Positions 10,495 through 22,336 of a stretch of DNA of 60,587 nucleotides are shown here, one piece after another. The DNA is taken from the NCBI GenBank assembly GCA_900128565.1, contig LT635916.1:1-60587 (forward strand). The letters are read 5' to 3'. This stretch comes from Stramenopiles sp. TOSAG23-6. Its lineage: Eukaryota. Both the position numbers and the translations under genes were made by a program. The first letter of the stretch is position 1; every line of letters begins with the position of its first letter. The notes under the pieces were generated by a model. That model was given only the letters and a program-made list of their open reading frames with translations. It was not told the origin of the DNA and did not search any database.

Positions 10495-10795
10495 TATAAA
10501 GTTGCGCTTATTAAATGATGTATTAATATTAGATATCAATCAATGGCAAAGATAAGTGCATTCAAAAAGACTTTTGTTATTTGTAGTAAGTGGAGGTGAA
10601 GGTTACTTCAATTGAAATGTGTGATCAAAATTTAGTAGGTTGGCTAAACCAATTTATAATTATTCCCTTGGGCTAAATAGCTAACCCAGTTTATTTTTTA
10701 ACCGTTAACTAACGCGTATTAACGTATCAATTTTTGAACAACACATAGCTACAGATCGGATCGATCAATGGTCATTATTTAGGGTTGTAAAAGTT

Positions 10796-12811
10796 ATGTC
10801 GAGGTCTTTTTCAAAATTTATTGTGATTGGTGGTGGCATTGCAGGTGTAACTGTTGTCTCTGAGTTAAGCCAGCGTCTCCCCTCAGCATCAATACTGTTG
10901 ATAAGCGCCAGTGATACGGCCAAATTTCCTGTGAATGTAACTCAGGTAACTCAAAACTTGGATACATTTGACGTAGCTGAACAGCCCCTGGAAAAATTAT
11001 TAGACTGTAGTCCAAATGTGTCGGTAATGAAAGCATGGGTAGCGTCGATTGACTCCGAGAAGAAGATTGTTCGTACCACTAAAGGACAAGAAATAAAATA
11101 CGAACGCATATGTTTTTGTACAGGTGCAATTCCAAAACTTCTTGTTCAGAACCATCCAAATATTATAGGAATCCGTGACACAGACAGTGTTCTAAAACTT
11201 GCCTCTCGACTTTCTACTTCGCGTCGAGTGCTGATTGTTGGTAATGGAGGTATAGCTCTTGAACTTGTTCATGCTGTTCAAGATGTTGAAATTATATGGT
11301 CCACTAAAGATGCATATATAGGCAATACATTTTTTGATGCCACTGCAGCTGATTTTTTTATGCCCGAACTAAAGCAGAGATTAAAAACTCCTTTTGAATT
11401 ATACGGGAAAACTACAAAAATCAATGAAGTAGACATGATAGAAACAGAATGTTATAATACTAGAGATAAAATTAATGATTGTAATACACAGAATCTACCG
11501 ATCCAGAAAGTGACACCAATCGAACCAATAGGGACATCAATGGGACCAAAATGGTTAAGTATATTACAATCTATGACAAATACTTCTTTATCAAGTCCTT
11601 TGCAGTGTGTGTCTCCGTCCTCTTCAAAGAAGAAAAATGTTTTTCATAAAGGTTGTTGCAGTCATGGTATTCAAAAGGGTATTTATATGTTTGATGAAGA
11701 AATGTCGAATACTACTACCACTACTACTACTACTACTACTGAGAGAGACAATAAAGAATTTTGTAGAAAACATAATAAAAAGTCAAAACCGTCATCATTA
11801 GTCTGGGAAAAGCTAACAGAAATTGACTCAATATGTGATACCCACAATAAAAATATTTCAGAATTTCATTACTGGTGTAAAATATCCAAACTACCAAATG
11901 GTAGAACGAATGAAAATTTTCACCAGGAAGCACCCAGTAACAAAAATCAAGATATTGTATCACAATCAATAATAAAGCAATCTGGTAATTGGCCACTACT
12001 TGTGCGATTAACTAATGGTGCTGTATTTGGATGTGATATCATTATTTCGTGTATTGGTGTTGTGCCTAATTGTAAAGTAGCACCGATTGAATGCCTTGTG
12101 AATAAAGACTTTGGTGGGTTCATTGTAGATAAACGTATGCGCATACAACAATATCAACGAAATAATGATCAGAAGAATAGTGTTTGTGTACCCTACGCTA
12201 AAGGTTCTATATTTGCAGCTGGCGATTGTACGTTCATAAAATCAAATGAAAATTGGTTTCAAATGAAATTATGGAGTCAAGCACGAACTGCTGGTTCTTA
12301 TGCCGCGCAATGTATGGCAGATCAAGTAGATTGTCTCGAAGGAGGTATGCGTTTTGAATTATTTTCTCATGTGACATCATTTTTTGATAGACGTGTTGTA
12401 CTATTAGGTTCATTCAATGGACAAAATATGGGCTTACCTGAAAATACAATTGTAGACTTTACACACTTTATAATGACAAAATCAGGGGTAAAACGTGTAA
12501 AACAACGTCAAAACTATCTAAATAATACAAAGTGTTTTGTTGATAATCCTGATACAACATATCGTGATTCAGCGTCTTCCTCAAAAGACGCAGATATTGA
12601 AGTGATATTTCGCATTACTTCATCTAAAGAATACATAAAAGTTGTCTTTCAATATGGTAGAGTTGTCGGAGCTGTACTCATTGGTGATACTGGTCTTGAA
12701 GAAACTATTGAAAACTTGATCCTTGATCGACTTGATGTAAGATCAGTATTTCGTGGTGATTGTGCTGCTCTTTTAGATCCTCGTGTTGATGTTGAAGATT
12801 TTTTTGACTAA
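10796..12811 (+). CDS. PYROXD1: Pyridine nucleotide-disulfide oxidoreductase domain-containing protein 1
   Basis: IGGGIAGV, IRDTDSV, VGNGGIALEL, WFQMKLWSQAR, FELFSHVTSFF, GDTGLEETIENLIL, C-terminal LLDPRVDVEDFFD. Confidence 0.92.
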   Translation: MSRSFSKFIVIGGGIAGVTVVSELSQRLPSASILLISASDTAKFPVNVTQVTQNLDTFDVAEQPLEKLLDCSPNVSVMKAWVASIDSEKKIVRTTKGQEIKYERICFCTGAIPKLLVQNHPNIIGIRDTDSVLKLASRLSTSRRVLIVGNGGIALELVHAVQDVEIIWSTKDAYIGNTFFDATAADFFMPELKQRLKTPFELYGKTTKINEVDMIETECYNTRDKINDCNTQNLPIQKVTPIEPIGTSMGPKWLSILQSMTNTSLSSPLQCVSPSSSKKKNVFHKGCCSHGIQKGIYMFDEEMSNTTTTTTTTTTERDNKEFCRKHNKKSKPSSLVWEKLTEIDSICDTHNKNISEFHYWCKISKLPNGRTNENFHQEAPSNKNQDIVSQSIIKQSGNWPLLVRLTNGAVFGCDIIISCIGVVPNCKVAPIECLVNKDFGGFIVDKRMRIQQYQRNNDQKNSVCVPYAKGSIFAAGDCTFIKSNENWFQMKLWSQARTAGSYAAQCMADQVDCLEGGMRFELFSHVTSFFDRRVVLLGSFNGQNMGLPENTIVDFTHFIMTKSGVKRVKQRQNYLNNTKCFVDNPDTTYRDSASSSKDADIEVIFRITSSKEYIKVVFQYGRVVGAVLIGDTGLEETIENLILDRLDVRSVFRGDCAALLDPRVDVEDFFD

Positions 12812-12865
12812 ATAAATAAAAATAATAAATTAGATTTTGATAAGTGTATTCAAAATTTTCAGAAT

Positions 12866-15800
12866 TTAGACGAATTTTTTATTTCTATCACCAAATACAG
12901 AAGAACAATGCTCATATCCGCTATTTAACATGCCGTTGCTTTCAGCGTTGGTGTTCCACCAGCACTTTGTTTTTGATTTTACACAACCATACGGTATGAT
13001 GTCCATTGAAGCTTCTATTGGTCTTCCAACACTTCTGCAAAAAATAGCACATTCGTTAAGGGAAGAACATGATGTAGTAGTGTCGTTTTTTGTTTGATGA
13101 TTTAGCGCTAGCCAGTTGTTAAGTTCATTCTTTAAATTCTGTAGTTCATTAGCCCGCGATCCTGGTGCAGCTGATACTGGTGGTATATTCGTAAGACTAT
13201 GCATGAGTTTACTTAAATTGTCCATTATACTCTTTTTTTGTTTCATTGAGCTATTTTTGCCGTTTTTTAATTTTTGCTGTATACCTTCAAGAGCCTGTTC
13301 CATCAGCAAACTAATACTATTTGTATTATTCAGAGATTTTGTAATATTTTGCCTAGTATGTAATATATTTTTGGCGAAACCAGCTTTAATACCCGTTTTA
13401 TACACTTGTTGTCGCTCAACTATTTTGAACGTTTCTTCGGCTAACTTATCGTGTCCATATAAGTTACGGCATGTATCCTTGTAGCAAATCTGGTTTAAAC
13501 CACAATCAATTGAAACCTTGCATTTTTCGCCATCCAGTACAGCAGTAGTAAATCCACATACGCCATTGTAACATATCTGAGGAGATGCGCACGCGTCCTC
13601 ATTTAAACCACATGGATCACCTGTTCTTTCAACACACTTCCCATACATACAATTCACATTTTCTCCGCTGCAATCATCAGCTTTGGAGCAAGTTTGTGTG
13701 TTTGCTTTACTTTGGTCAGCGAGACATGACTCGCCATTACCCAAAATTGCTCCGTTACACAATTTAGTAATATTCATCGGAATATCATCAAAACTAGAAG
13801 CAACAATTGTGTTGTTAATCTTGGTGGCCAATCTATACGGGAAGTGGACTGACACAGTATTATTAATGCGTTCTTGTAATCTTGTAGAAATACAGAAACC
13901 TTTTATACATACAAATCCCGAATTGCAATTAAAATCAGAGGTGCACACGTTTTTCCATAATGTCCCACTACTATCAAATTCATCATTACATTGTAATGTT
14001 GAGTCGCACATGCAGCCTAACACAAATTGATAAAGACGATCTTCATCAACATTTGGTAAAGCAATAGACTCAGATACAATTTTGTCTGCCTCTTTTTTCA
14101 TTCGCAATGATATAGATGCCTCTGTTGATAAGGTCTCCCGAAAACGCATTTTATCGAGACTTGTACTGTTGAGTTTACTCAGTCGTGTATTGAGTATATT
14201 GCGTACATTTTGGAGAGACTCTACCGCTAACTTATGTTTTAAAGTATTATTTTGTTTCCCTTTTGAATGTGTAGTTTTGTTCAAATACGAATGTGTTGTG
14301 TGTTTTTTTATCAAGTCTTCTACGTGTTGTATTTCCCATTGCAGTTTATTTATCGTTCGGTTTAGTTTATTTGCCTGCCAGACACTTCCCTCATTCAAGT
14401 ATACCAACATAGATTGTCTTTCCTCTTTATCCAAAAAGTGATCAAATATCAAAGCTTCATGTAAAAGACCATTAAAACCTGCTGTAGATAGACTATGTGC
14501 TCGAAAAGGACAGCCACCACCGACTACAAATCTTCCAGTCATATTCATAAAATCCTTTGTTTTGTCAGCAGTATTCGGTGAATCGTATGCTGGAGTACGT
14601 GGACCGAGTAGTAAAGGGCCTAATTTTTCTGCCATATCAATTGTTATGCCAAGATGTAAAAATGGCTTCAACAGAGTCTTGTCTTTTACCATCGTTATTT
14701 CTTCTTCTTCCCATAAAGTTTTGTCAGTGGCTCCCCATGCAGTAATATTTTGAAATCGACGATCACTTTTGATAACATTTGTGCTCCCAATTGTAGTTGA
14801 AATCATGAGGACCACCCATTCTTCCCTTGCATCTTCAGGCAAATATTTTTCATGAATAGCTGCAGTAATATTTTCTGCATTCGTAAGAAATTCCATCTCA
14901 TTAGTTGTAAGTAGTTCCCTTTTTTTGTATTTATTATTCAAATCAAACATACTAAGATTTTTGTTTTTATTTTCAGGTAGCATGCCTGTTCTAGGGGTAC
15001 GATTACCCTGCCATACCTCAAGATGGCCGTCTTGTGATCGCATAAAAGAAAAAAAAGGTCGGGTAGAATTATTTTCTTTACCTGCATTAAAATTTTGGAT
15101 AGAAAATAAACATTGGGTACCGTCAGTATGCTTTGGTAATTTGGCAGCTATAACAAAGGTAATATTAGTGGGATTTGTAAAGTTGAAATGTTTGTGTGAG
15201 ACCAAAGAACTGTCAGGCTCACCAGTAAACTTTAGAGACAATGTATGTTCTCGAGCTTTACTTCGTTTAAGCAAATAATTTTGATCGATGGAATTCTCTA
15301 TCGTTGGACTATGATCTCCACGAATAGGAAAAAGGTTGAATCCATTACCACTAAGATCAGTGATTGCTTGAATACTTTTTTGGCCATTCGTGTGCTTTAT
15401 ATGTACACCCTTTGAGGCGGAAACATGCCAGATAAGGCCGCCTGGTAACGTGTTTGGGATTTTTATGTCACTTACAATATCATCTGGAGGCTTGATGGAT
15501 GTTGAATTTTCATTATTGGATGTACCATCTACTTCAATACTTTTTGTAGACGAAGACTTTTGTATTTGCTTGAATCTTGGTAAACTGCGGGATAGAGATT
15601 GTTGAAGACACATATTTCTGGTACTTTTAAGATCTGTTAGGTTTTTCGTTTTCTTTACTAGCTGCTCATACAAATTACTTCCCCGAACATAGTTAAGACA
15701 ATGTTTCAGTCTTTCTATAGGTGCTTTATTAGCATCACATAGTTCACCAATATTAAAATTGTTTACACAGTTCTTTTGTAAGCTACACGTTTGAGATAGA

Positions 15801-18800
15801 CCACAGTCCTTACTATCTGAACATGCTGTACTATCACGCAATTGACGGCATTGATTAGCTTGACATACTTGCCCATTCCCACAATCATTTCTACTGCTAC
15901 ATGACGATCTAACTTTATTACTTGTACATGCCTCACCGATGCAACGCTGACCACAACCGCAATCTAGATCCTTATTACAGAGTGCACCTTCTTTAAATGT
16001 TTCACACCCGCATACGTGAAAAATGTCGCGGCAATATTTTGAAACACAAACTTGTCCATGCCCACAATCTTTGTTTCCACCAGGGCAACGAAACCTGTGT
16101 GGAACGTAAGTACACACTCTATTCTTACACGCCATACTAAGACCACAATCGCTTTTTTGCTTACACGTATACAAATCATTTTTAATGACACATTCAAAAT
16201 TTTCACATTTTTCTTGTGTCGTGCATTCCATTGTATCTTTACATTTATGTATATGACCGATTATGTTACTTTTACATCGCAAACCTACAGTTTCGTCTAC
16301 AGAGCGTTCATGTCGCCCAAAAATTGGCCTACAACGATCCAGAAAACATAAAAACCCATAACCTTCACATTCTTTATTAGGCCCACATTTAGGGAATTTC
16401 TCGATCATTGCATCAGTGCAATAATGAGCTGATTTATGACACTTGTAACCAATAGCACAGTCAGAAGATTTCATACACTGTGAGGCCTTCATAGAATTAA
16501 TTGAATTTGGATATGTAGTAACACATTGTGATGAGCCATGCTGAGTATAACATCGTTCACCAAAACTACAATCAAAATCTACACTGCAATGATGGATAAC
16601 AGATGTTGAACTTCTCGAAATAATACGCGTATATGCTGGTCGACATTTACCTGAAATACACGTTTTCCCTGTACCGCAAGTATCGATTGTATCTTCATTA
16701 TTACAGATAGTATTGTAGTTGTACATACACGTGCCAGAAAGAGCGCCAGTCTGACATCGCTGCCCATTTCCACAACCAGAAGAACCATCAAAATCATTTT
16801 GTGTCGTAATACATGATGTTCCTGCACTCACGGGTAAACACCTTCCACCTGAACATCGCATGTCCAAAGCACAGTCAAGAACGGTAGTACAAGCATCGCT
16901 AGGTAAAGATACACCCCTGGTTCTCAAACAGTAACCATCCACGCAAGTTTGAGACATACCACATGGGGAAGATAAACTACATGGAATTCCTAATGGTACA
17001 AATCGGCATTTCTTACTGAAGCAATAAAATTCATTACCACATTCTTTTGTTGATGTGTAGTCTGGAACCTTGCAAGGACTATCATACATATTTTTTTGAG
17101 TCTTTTGACACTGTCCTTTTGTTGCGATTGATTCTGATAATACCAGTCTATTTTTAACTGCACCCGTCATACGCGATTCTGACTTATCTGTGATCATCCA
17201 GCGAGAAATCTCTAAGGATTCTTTATCTGGCTCACACCACTGCGCTAAACCACATTCTTCGTGTTGAGTACAAGGACTTCCAATCTCAACTTTGATAACA
17301 TTCAAGGCCCCCATTCGAACCTGTAGCTCCATTTTTAATTCAAGTTCTTTTTTCTTTAACTTTTCTATTTGATGCTTCTGAGATGGTTTAGGAAGTAACT
17401 CCAACAATTTCTTTTCACTGTGAACATGATCTAAAGCACTATTTATGGTTTGTATTCGAGAGCGAATTGCACTTTCTTCCGCTTGTTTTATACTGGATGC
17501 CTTGAGTTTGAATTTAGTTTTACGCAAGCGGGACATGTGTTTTTTGTATTCTGCTGTTCCTTTCTTAATTTTGAATGTTTCTGAATTCAGTTTCAAGAGT
17601 TCCTCGCGGAGGTGTACCCTTTGTAAGTCTGCAGCGTAGGCTATATCATATGCAGCAATTTCACCTTCTGGTAGAGGTATCTCACCAGCAAGCAACATTT
17701 TGTAGCGTTCTTTCAGCGCTAAAAAAAGAAAATTTGTCTCAGCTAACTTGTCATCTACATACTTTTGTTGAAGGGGTTTCAAAATGCCTTGCATAAATGA
17801 CTCAATTTCTGTGCGATCTGCAGCCACCTTATTTTTTGCATTACTAGCTTCTATATTCATATTCACTTTCTTGAACCAGTAAGTCTCACACTTAAGTGCA
17901 GCCTTAATAATGCGCATATTTTTGTGAAAGTGTTGGGTTTCATATTGGAATCGGGTCATATCAGAAGACAGATTTATGTTGATAACATCAGCTCCCAAAT
18001 TTGCTTTTTCGAACATTTTTATTTCATTTTCTGCTGCAATACGTACGTTCTTACATTTTCTAGCTTCACAGAGTCCAAAACATGTGTCGAAATAAGATCT
18101 AGCGACATTATCACATTGAAAATCACACGAAGCATCAATCCCAGGCATAAACGGCAATTTTTTCATACTATTTTTAACAAACAAAGTTCCCATGTCTAGT
18201 TTTGTGTCGTTCCCCTTGCGCTTGGGTAGGTGAATTGTTGAGGTAATATTTAAAGTAGTCGTGTTTCTACGTACAACTGTAAAGTTCAATGGTGACAGAG
18301 TCAAATTTTCAGGAGGATCTTCCCATTTTGTTTTCTTTTTATTTTCAGATTTTCCTGGTAGGCACACACAATATAAATCTCTATTTAGTTCACTTCCAGG
18401 TAAACAACTACATTTTGATTTACTTTGAACTGTCCTTGCCATCGTCTTAGCTATCGTTTCAAGGTGTTCATTCGTTAGCGATTCCCCCACAGTAAAGTAC
18501 ACAGCTTCGGTTTCCATGGTCGTAAAGTTTACGTAGATGCTATTAATTTTCGCACTATTGTAACTACTAGCATTTGACGTCGCGTTTGACTCATTAATAA
18601 CTTTTGAGGTCGCGTTTGACTCCTTAATAACTTTTGNGGTCATATTCGACGTCATCTTTTTCAAGTTGTCTCTAGTTGCGTTTGCGTCCATAGATAGTGT
18701 TAGATTTAAACCATTATTTAAAAGTCTCGATTGCAATTGAGCGCATACCATAATATGGTTCCCGCTACATTGTATAAAAATAAGCACCGCTAATACAGTA

Positions 18801-18808
18801 AAGAACAT
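12866..18808 (-). CDS. Giant secreted cysteine-rich repeat protein with coiled coil and a LamG/concanavalin-A-like domain
   Basis: Signal peptide; many CxxxxDCxxGxxCxxxxC modules; LIWHVSAS...DLSGNG...FNGLLHEALIFDHFL...YL pattern; many N-glycosylation sequons. Confidence 0.8.
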   Translation of the reverse strand: MFFTVLAVLIFIQCSGNHIMVCAQLQSRLLNNGLNLTLSMDANATRDNLKKMTSNMTXKVIKESNATSKVINESNATSNASSYNSAKINSIYVNFTTMETEAVYFTVGESLTNEHLETIAKTMARTVQSKSKCSCLPGSELNRDLYCVCLPGKSENKKKTKWEDPPENLTLSPLNFTVVRRNTTTLNITSTIHLPKRKGNDTKLDMGTLFVKNSMKKLPFMPGIDASCDFQCDNVARSYFDTCFGLCEARKCKNVRIAAENEIKMFEKANLGADVININLSSDMTRFQYETQHFHKNMRIIKAALKCETYWFKKVNMNIEASNAKNKVAADRTEIESFMQGILKPLQQKYVDDKLAETNFLFLALKERYKMLLAGEIPLPEGEIAAYDIAYAADLQRVHLREELLKLNSETFKIKKGTAEYKKHMSRLRKTKFKLKASSIKQAEESAIRSRIQTINSALDHVHSEKKLLELLPKPSQKHQIEKLKKKELELKMELQVRMGALNVIKVEIGSPCTQHEECGLAQWCEPDKESLEISRWMITDKSESRMTGAVKNRLVLSESIATKGQCQKTQKNMYDSPCKVPDYTSTKECGNEFYCFSKKCRFVPLGIPCSLSSPCGMSQTCVDGYCLRTRGVSLPSDACTTVLDCALDMRCSGGRCLPVSAGTSCITTQNDFDGSSGCGNGQRCQTGALSGTCMYNYNTICNNEDTIDTCGTGKTCISGKCRPAYTRIISRSSTSVIHHCSVDFDCSFGERCYTQHGSSQCVTTYPNSINSMKASQCMKSSDCAIGYKCHKSAHYCTDAMIEKFPKCGPNKECEGYGFLCFLDRCRPIFGRHERSVDETVGLRCKSNIIGHIHKCKDTMECTTQEKCENFECVIKNDLYTCKQKSDCGLSMACKNRVCTYVPHRFRCPGGNKDCGHGQVCVSKYCRDIFHVCGCETFKEGALCNKDLDCGCGQRCIGEACTSNKVRSSCSSRNDCGNGQVCQANQCRQLRDSTACSDSKDCGLSQTCSLQKNCVNNFNIGELCDANKAPIERLKHCLNYVRGSNLYEQLVKKTKNLTDLKSTRNMCLQQSLSRSLPRFKQIQKSSSTKSIEVDGTSNNENSTSIKPPDDIVSDIKIPNTLPGGLIWHVSASKGVHIKHTNGQKSIQAITDLSGNGFNLFPIRGDHSPTIENSIDQNYLLKRSKAREHTLSLKFTGEPDSSLVSHKHFNFTNPTNITFVIAAKLPKHTDGTQCLFSIQNFNAGKENNSTRPFFSFMRSQDGHLEVWQGNRTPRTGMLPENKNKNLSMFDLNNKYKKRELLTTNEMEFLTNAENITAAIHEKYLPEDAREEWVVLMISTTIGSTNVIKSDRRFQNITAWGATDKTLWEEEEITMVKDKTLLKPFLHLGITIDMAEKLGPLLLGPRTPAYDSPNTADKTKDFMNMTGRFVVGGGCPFRAHSLSTAGFNGLLHEALIFDHFLDKEERQSMLVYLNEGSVWQANKLNRTINKLQWEIQHVEDLIKKHTTHSYLNKTTHSKGKQNNTLKHKLAVESLQNVRNILNTRLSKLNSTSLDKMRFRETLSTEASISLRMKKEADKIVSESIALPNVDEDRLYQFVLGCMCDSTLQCNDEFDSSGTLWKNVCTSDFNCNSGFVCIKGFCISTRLQERINNTVSVHFPYRLATKINNTIVASSFDDIPMNITKLCNGAILGNGESCLADQSKANTQTCSKADDCSGENVNCMYGKCVERTGDPCGLNEDACASPQICYNGVCGFTTAVLDGEKCKVSIDCGLNQICYKDTCRNLYGHDKLAEETFKIVERQQVYKTGIKAGFAKNILHTRQNITKSLNNTNSISLLMEQALEGIQQKLKNGKNSSMKQKKSIMDNLSKLMHSLTNIPPVSAAPGSRANELQNLKNELNNWLALNHQTKNDTTTSCSSLNECAIFCRSVGRPIEASMDIIPYGCVKSKTKCWWNTNAESNGMLNSGYEHCSSVFGDRNKKFV

Positions 18809-19127
18809 TATATATACGAAAGAAATTATACCTTCTATCTATACCCAAACGTCTCCCCTGAAGAACACACAATGTTCAAATTGCGTTCAATTTTGCTCCT
18901 GTGACATTTAAATTAAAAATTCGCATTTTTTCGTTCAGTTCGAAGTTCGAACATCTCGATCGATCAGTCACACCTCGAATCAGGCCTTCTACCACAAGTA
19001 AACTACGCTTATTAATAGTAAATGATAAAAGCGACGATATTAGTTATAGGAATCACAATAACGGATTAGTATATTTGTTATAATCTTGAATTGCATTATT
19101 TGTGTATACATATAGTACAAAGGAACG

Positions 19128-21527
19128 ATGGAAGTCTTTGATGGCTTTGCTTTAGCTGCGTATTCAGGGGGGTTGGATTCTGGTAGCGTTCGACCACCAA
19201 TGCAAATTGGCCTTCACCCGGAAACAATTTTTGCGGCTAAATTTAGTCCTTATAGCCGAGTGAAGCTGGTACGCAACATGCGAGACAATAGTATTCGAGG
19301 TAGTAATGTAAATCGTGTGACAATAAAAGGGGGTGAAAACGTTAAGGATACGATAGTGTTTTGTGAAGTAGTCCCTGATATTGATGTAGACAAAAGCAGT
19401 GTCGCGGTTCAACCGTGGGTTCTCAGTGTTTTTGGTCTACCAGAAGGAGGAATATTAAATGTATCTAGTGTGCCACAAATTACAAATTTAACTGATCCAG
19501 TTGAAGATAACACTTCAATATTGACAGAAACGCCTCAGGACGTTAGTAGCATATTCGTTGAGTCATTGGGTAGTTTCCCACCTCGACCAGGCGATGTTCT
19601 TTCTTTTGGTTGGGATAGTAATGACAACAAAATATTTTCTCTGAAGAATTCTATACTTCGATCTCTCCATCGACAACTACACGGTCATATTTTAGCAGTT
19701 GGCTCTATTTTTGCATCTATTATGATGGGAAATATATTATTATTTAAAGTAGTATCTGGAAATAGTATATCAAACAACAAACTTTGTCAAGTTGGAGAAA
19801 ATGTTTGTTTGAAATTTGCAGATAAATTTGCAAACAATAATTTGAATAAAGTAAAGGCAACTGATCATTCAGAACATGATATAGTAGTTCCAGGACATTC
19901 AAAAAAGGCTCATGAATTACTTGAAAATATACGAATGGTTTTAGGTATTGGGAAAAACTCTGAAGATATTTCGAAAAAAGATGACTCTCGTGTTTTAAGA
20001 CCTGGTGGTATAATTCTACATGGCCCTCCAGGATGTGGTAAAAGTTATCTTTTATCATGCACCTTACAATATTTATTAGCTAGAGGAAATGTTTCTGGAT
20101 GTGTCTGCATTTCATCACATAAATTATTTGATATGAAAAGTACTAATTATTTGAATAATGCACTGAACGATATCACGAAATTATCTACAGATTACACAAA
20201 TGCAGAACCAAATTTTATTCGAAATGTTACTGGATTTTATAATAGTGTATTTGTTGTTTTAGAAGACTTGGATATGATTTCTAGTCATCCTAGTATATCT
20301 TCAAAACTTTTATCATTTGTCAAAAGCATAAAAAAAATCAGTAATATTTGTATCATTGGTGTGTGTCGTAATCTAAACTGTGTACCTCAATCCTTTTCTG
20401 GTAATGGTATGCTTGAATTATCTGTAAAACTTTCGCCACCGGTTGTAATGGAACGTCAAGAGATGCTTGATGTGATAATAAAAAACCATCAAAGTAAAAA
20501 ATATGATGTGGACAGTGCAGTAATAGAGACAAGAAGTTTGATATCTAGTGAATTGAGTTGTCTTACTAGTGGATATGTTGCGGATGATTTAGTCCGTCTC
20601 ATTCGAACATCGAAATTGATGGCATTGGCAGATGTAGAAGAAAAAGGCCTTAATAATCATCAAAAGACAAATAGTATAAATTGGAAATATTATCAGGCGG
20701 CTCTACACGAAATCCGTCCATCACAATTACATAATTTAGATGTAAAAGTTCCAATAGAACGATGGGTTGATATTGGTGGTTATGATGATATAAAACGCCG
20801 TCTTCAACAATTAATTCAGTGGCAGTGGTTGCATCCAGAAAAATTTAATTCTCTAGGAGTTGCAGCAACTTCTGGTGTATTATTATATGGTCCTTCTGGT
20901 TGTGGGAAAACTCTTTTTGCACATGCTTTAGCCGGAGAATGTTCTGCTAATTTTGTATCTGTAAAATCTACAGAATTGTTTTCACAATATCTAGGTGAAA
21001 GTGAAGCTGCATTACGTAATATATTTACAAAAGCAAGGGCTGCGGCACCATGTATTCTTTTCTTTGATGAAATTGATTCTTTAGCAATGGGTAGGGATTT
21101 ATCTGGAGGTGGTGATAAGGCTAGTGGTGTTGCTGAAAGAATGTTGGCTACATTATTGAATGAAATGGATGGTGTCGAAAGCTCAAATGGTGTAGTTGTC
21201 TTAGCAGCAACAAATTTAATATCTAATATTGATAAAGCCTTACTTAGACCAGGCCGTATTGATCAATCTATTTATATAGGCCCACCGGATAAATCTACTC
21301 AGAAAAGTATTTTAGAAATAAATACAAAGAAAACACCTCTTGCAAAAGATGTAAACTTTGATGAGATTTTAGCTGAAAGATGGGTAGAGAAAAGGACTGG
21401 TGCTGATCTCTGTAGATTATGTCAAGAAGCAGCGCTTGTGGCACTGAGAAGTGACTTAAATATTCCGTCTGTATCAGCCATTCACTTCAAAACCGCTGCA
21501 ATTGAGTTAGGGTACACTCATGAATAA
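19128..21527 (+). CDS. CDC48-family double AAA+ ATPase (AFG2/SPATA5L1-like)
   Basis: D1 GPPGCGKS with degenerate Walker B (VVLEDLD); D2 GPSGCGKT, FFDEID, ALLRPGRID. Confidence 0.88.
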   Translation: MEVFDGFALAAYSGGLDSGSVRPPMQIGLHPETIFAAKFSPYSRVKLVRNMRDNSIRGSNVNRVTIKGGENVKDTIVFCEVVPDIDVDKSSVAVQPWVLSVFGLPEGGILNVSSVPQITNLTDPVEDNTSILTETPQDVSSIFVESLGSFPPRPGDVLSFGWDSNDNKIFSLKNSILRSLHRQLHGHILAVGSIFASIMMGNILLFKVVSGNSISNNKLCQVGENVCLKFADKFANNNLNKVKATDHSEHDIVVPGHSKKAHELLENIRMVLGIGKNSEDISKKDDSRVLRPGGIILHGPPGCGKSYLLSCTLQYLLARGNVSGCVCISSHKLFDMKSTNYLNNALNDITKLSTDYTNAEPNFIRNVTGFYNSVFVVLEDLDMISSHPSISSKLLSFVKSIKKISNICIIGVCRNLNCVPQSFSGNGMLELSVKLSPPVVMERQEMLDVIIKNHQSKKYDVDSAVIETRSLISSELSCLTSGYVADDLVRLIRTSKLMALADVEEKGLNNHQKTNSINWKYYQAALHEIRPSQLHNLDVKVPIERWVDIGGYDDIKRRLQQLIQWQWLHPEKFNSLGVAATSGVLLYGPSGCGKTLFAHALAGECSANFVSVKSTELFSQYLGESEAALRNIFTKARAAAPCILFFDEIDSLAMGRDLSGGGDKASGVAERMLATLLNEMDGVESSNGVVVLAATNLISNIDKALLRPGRIDQSIYIGPPDKSTQKSILEINTKKTPLAKDVNFDEILAERWVEKRTGADLCRLCQEAALVALRSDLNIPSVSAIHFKTAAIELGYTHE

Positions 21528-21553
21528 TAAATTTCTCAAAATATTTTTATATT

Positions 21554-21988
21554 TCATATTTTATTTCTAAATTCATCAATAGCTTTTTTTAAGGGTTTGG
21601 CACTCCACTTTGACATAAGTTTGACATTTAAACAAGATGAACCCTCACTTATATCATCAGATTCCTTACCAATTAACTTTGTTTTCACTTCAAAAATAAC
21701 TTCGGTGTCGTTTAACCACTCAATGTTTACGTTACAAACGTCACATTTAAAAAGACACTCGTCTTCAACATAGGATAATTCAGCGTCTGCAGTTAATGTT
21801 GACTGGAGTGCTACTTTATTATTACAAGTCAACTTTCCTGGTCTCGCTAACAAAAGTACACCATTTTCGAACTTTAATTTGCATCTTCCACCTTGTCCCA
21901 CGCAATTAAGAACTTTGTAATTCTCGGTGAATCCAATTCGTTTCGAAGCTTCACTAACGGCAGCAGCAATAGCCATTATCCTCGACAC
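21554..21988 (-). CDS. Hypothetical protein (144 aa)
   Basis: ATG ORF filling the gap between neighbours; no recognised domain. Confidence 0.6.
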   Translation of the reverse strand: MSRIMAIAAAVSEASKRIGFTENYKVLNCVGQGGRCKLKFENGVLLLARPGKLTCNNKVALQSTLTADAELSYVEDECLFKCDVCNVNIEWLNDTEVIFEVKTKLIGKESDDISEGSSCLNVKLMSKWSAKPLKKAIDEFRNKI

Positions 21989-22336
21989 AATAATACTCTT
22001 ATATCAAGAATCTATTGGTCCAATAAATTCATTGAAAATAAATCAAAAGAACCTAACAAGATGTATTGTATTATATATAGGTCAGGTAAGTCTATAAAAT
22101 TGCTATTTTTTTCGGTTTTGACACGTGTTGTTTGAAACCATTTTTTATATGTCTACAGCTATATCCTGGCAAATATTTGGACATGGGGTCGAGAAATAAA
22201 TATCCACCCACCACGGTGTGTATATATAAAATAAACGACGAACGAAGAGTATCCGAGTCCTACCTCTATCGACGATTGGACAAGTATCGACGTGAAAAGT
22301 AGTTGCATTTTGCAAGATATACTTACCAATTTAACA

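Noticed and set aside
11710-11740. (ACT)n poly-Thr tract, and the poly-Gly tract near 7904-7945
   Set aside because: Ordinary coding microsatellites in loops.
13116-18199. Many short antisense and alternate-frame ORFs
   Set aside because: They are shadows of long genes with no recognisable motifs.
22086-22158. Possible GTAAG...CTACAG intron upstream of the methyltransferase
   Set aside because: No coding frame requires it, so it cannot be supported without transcripts.
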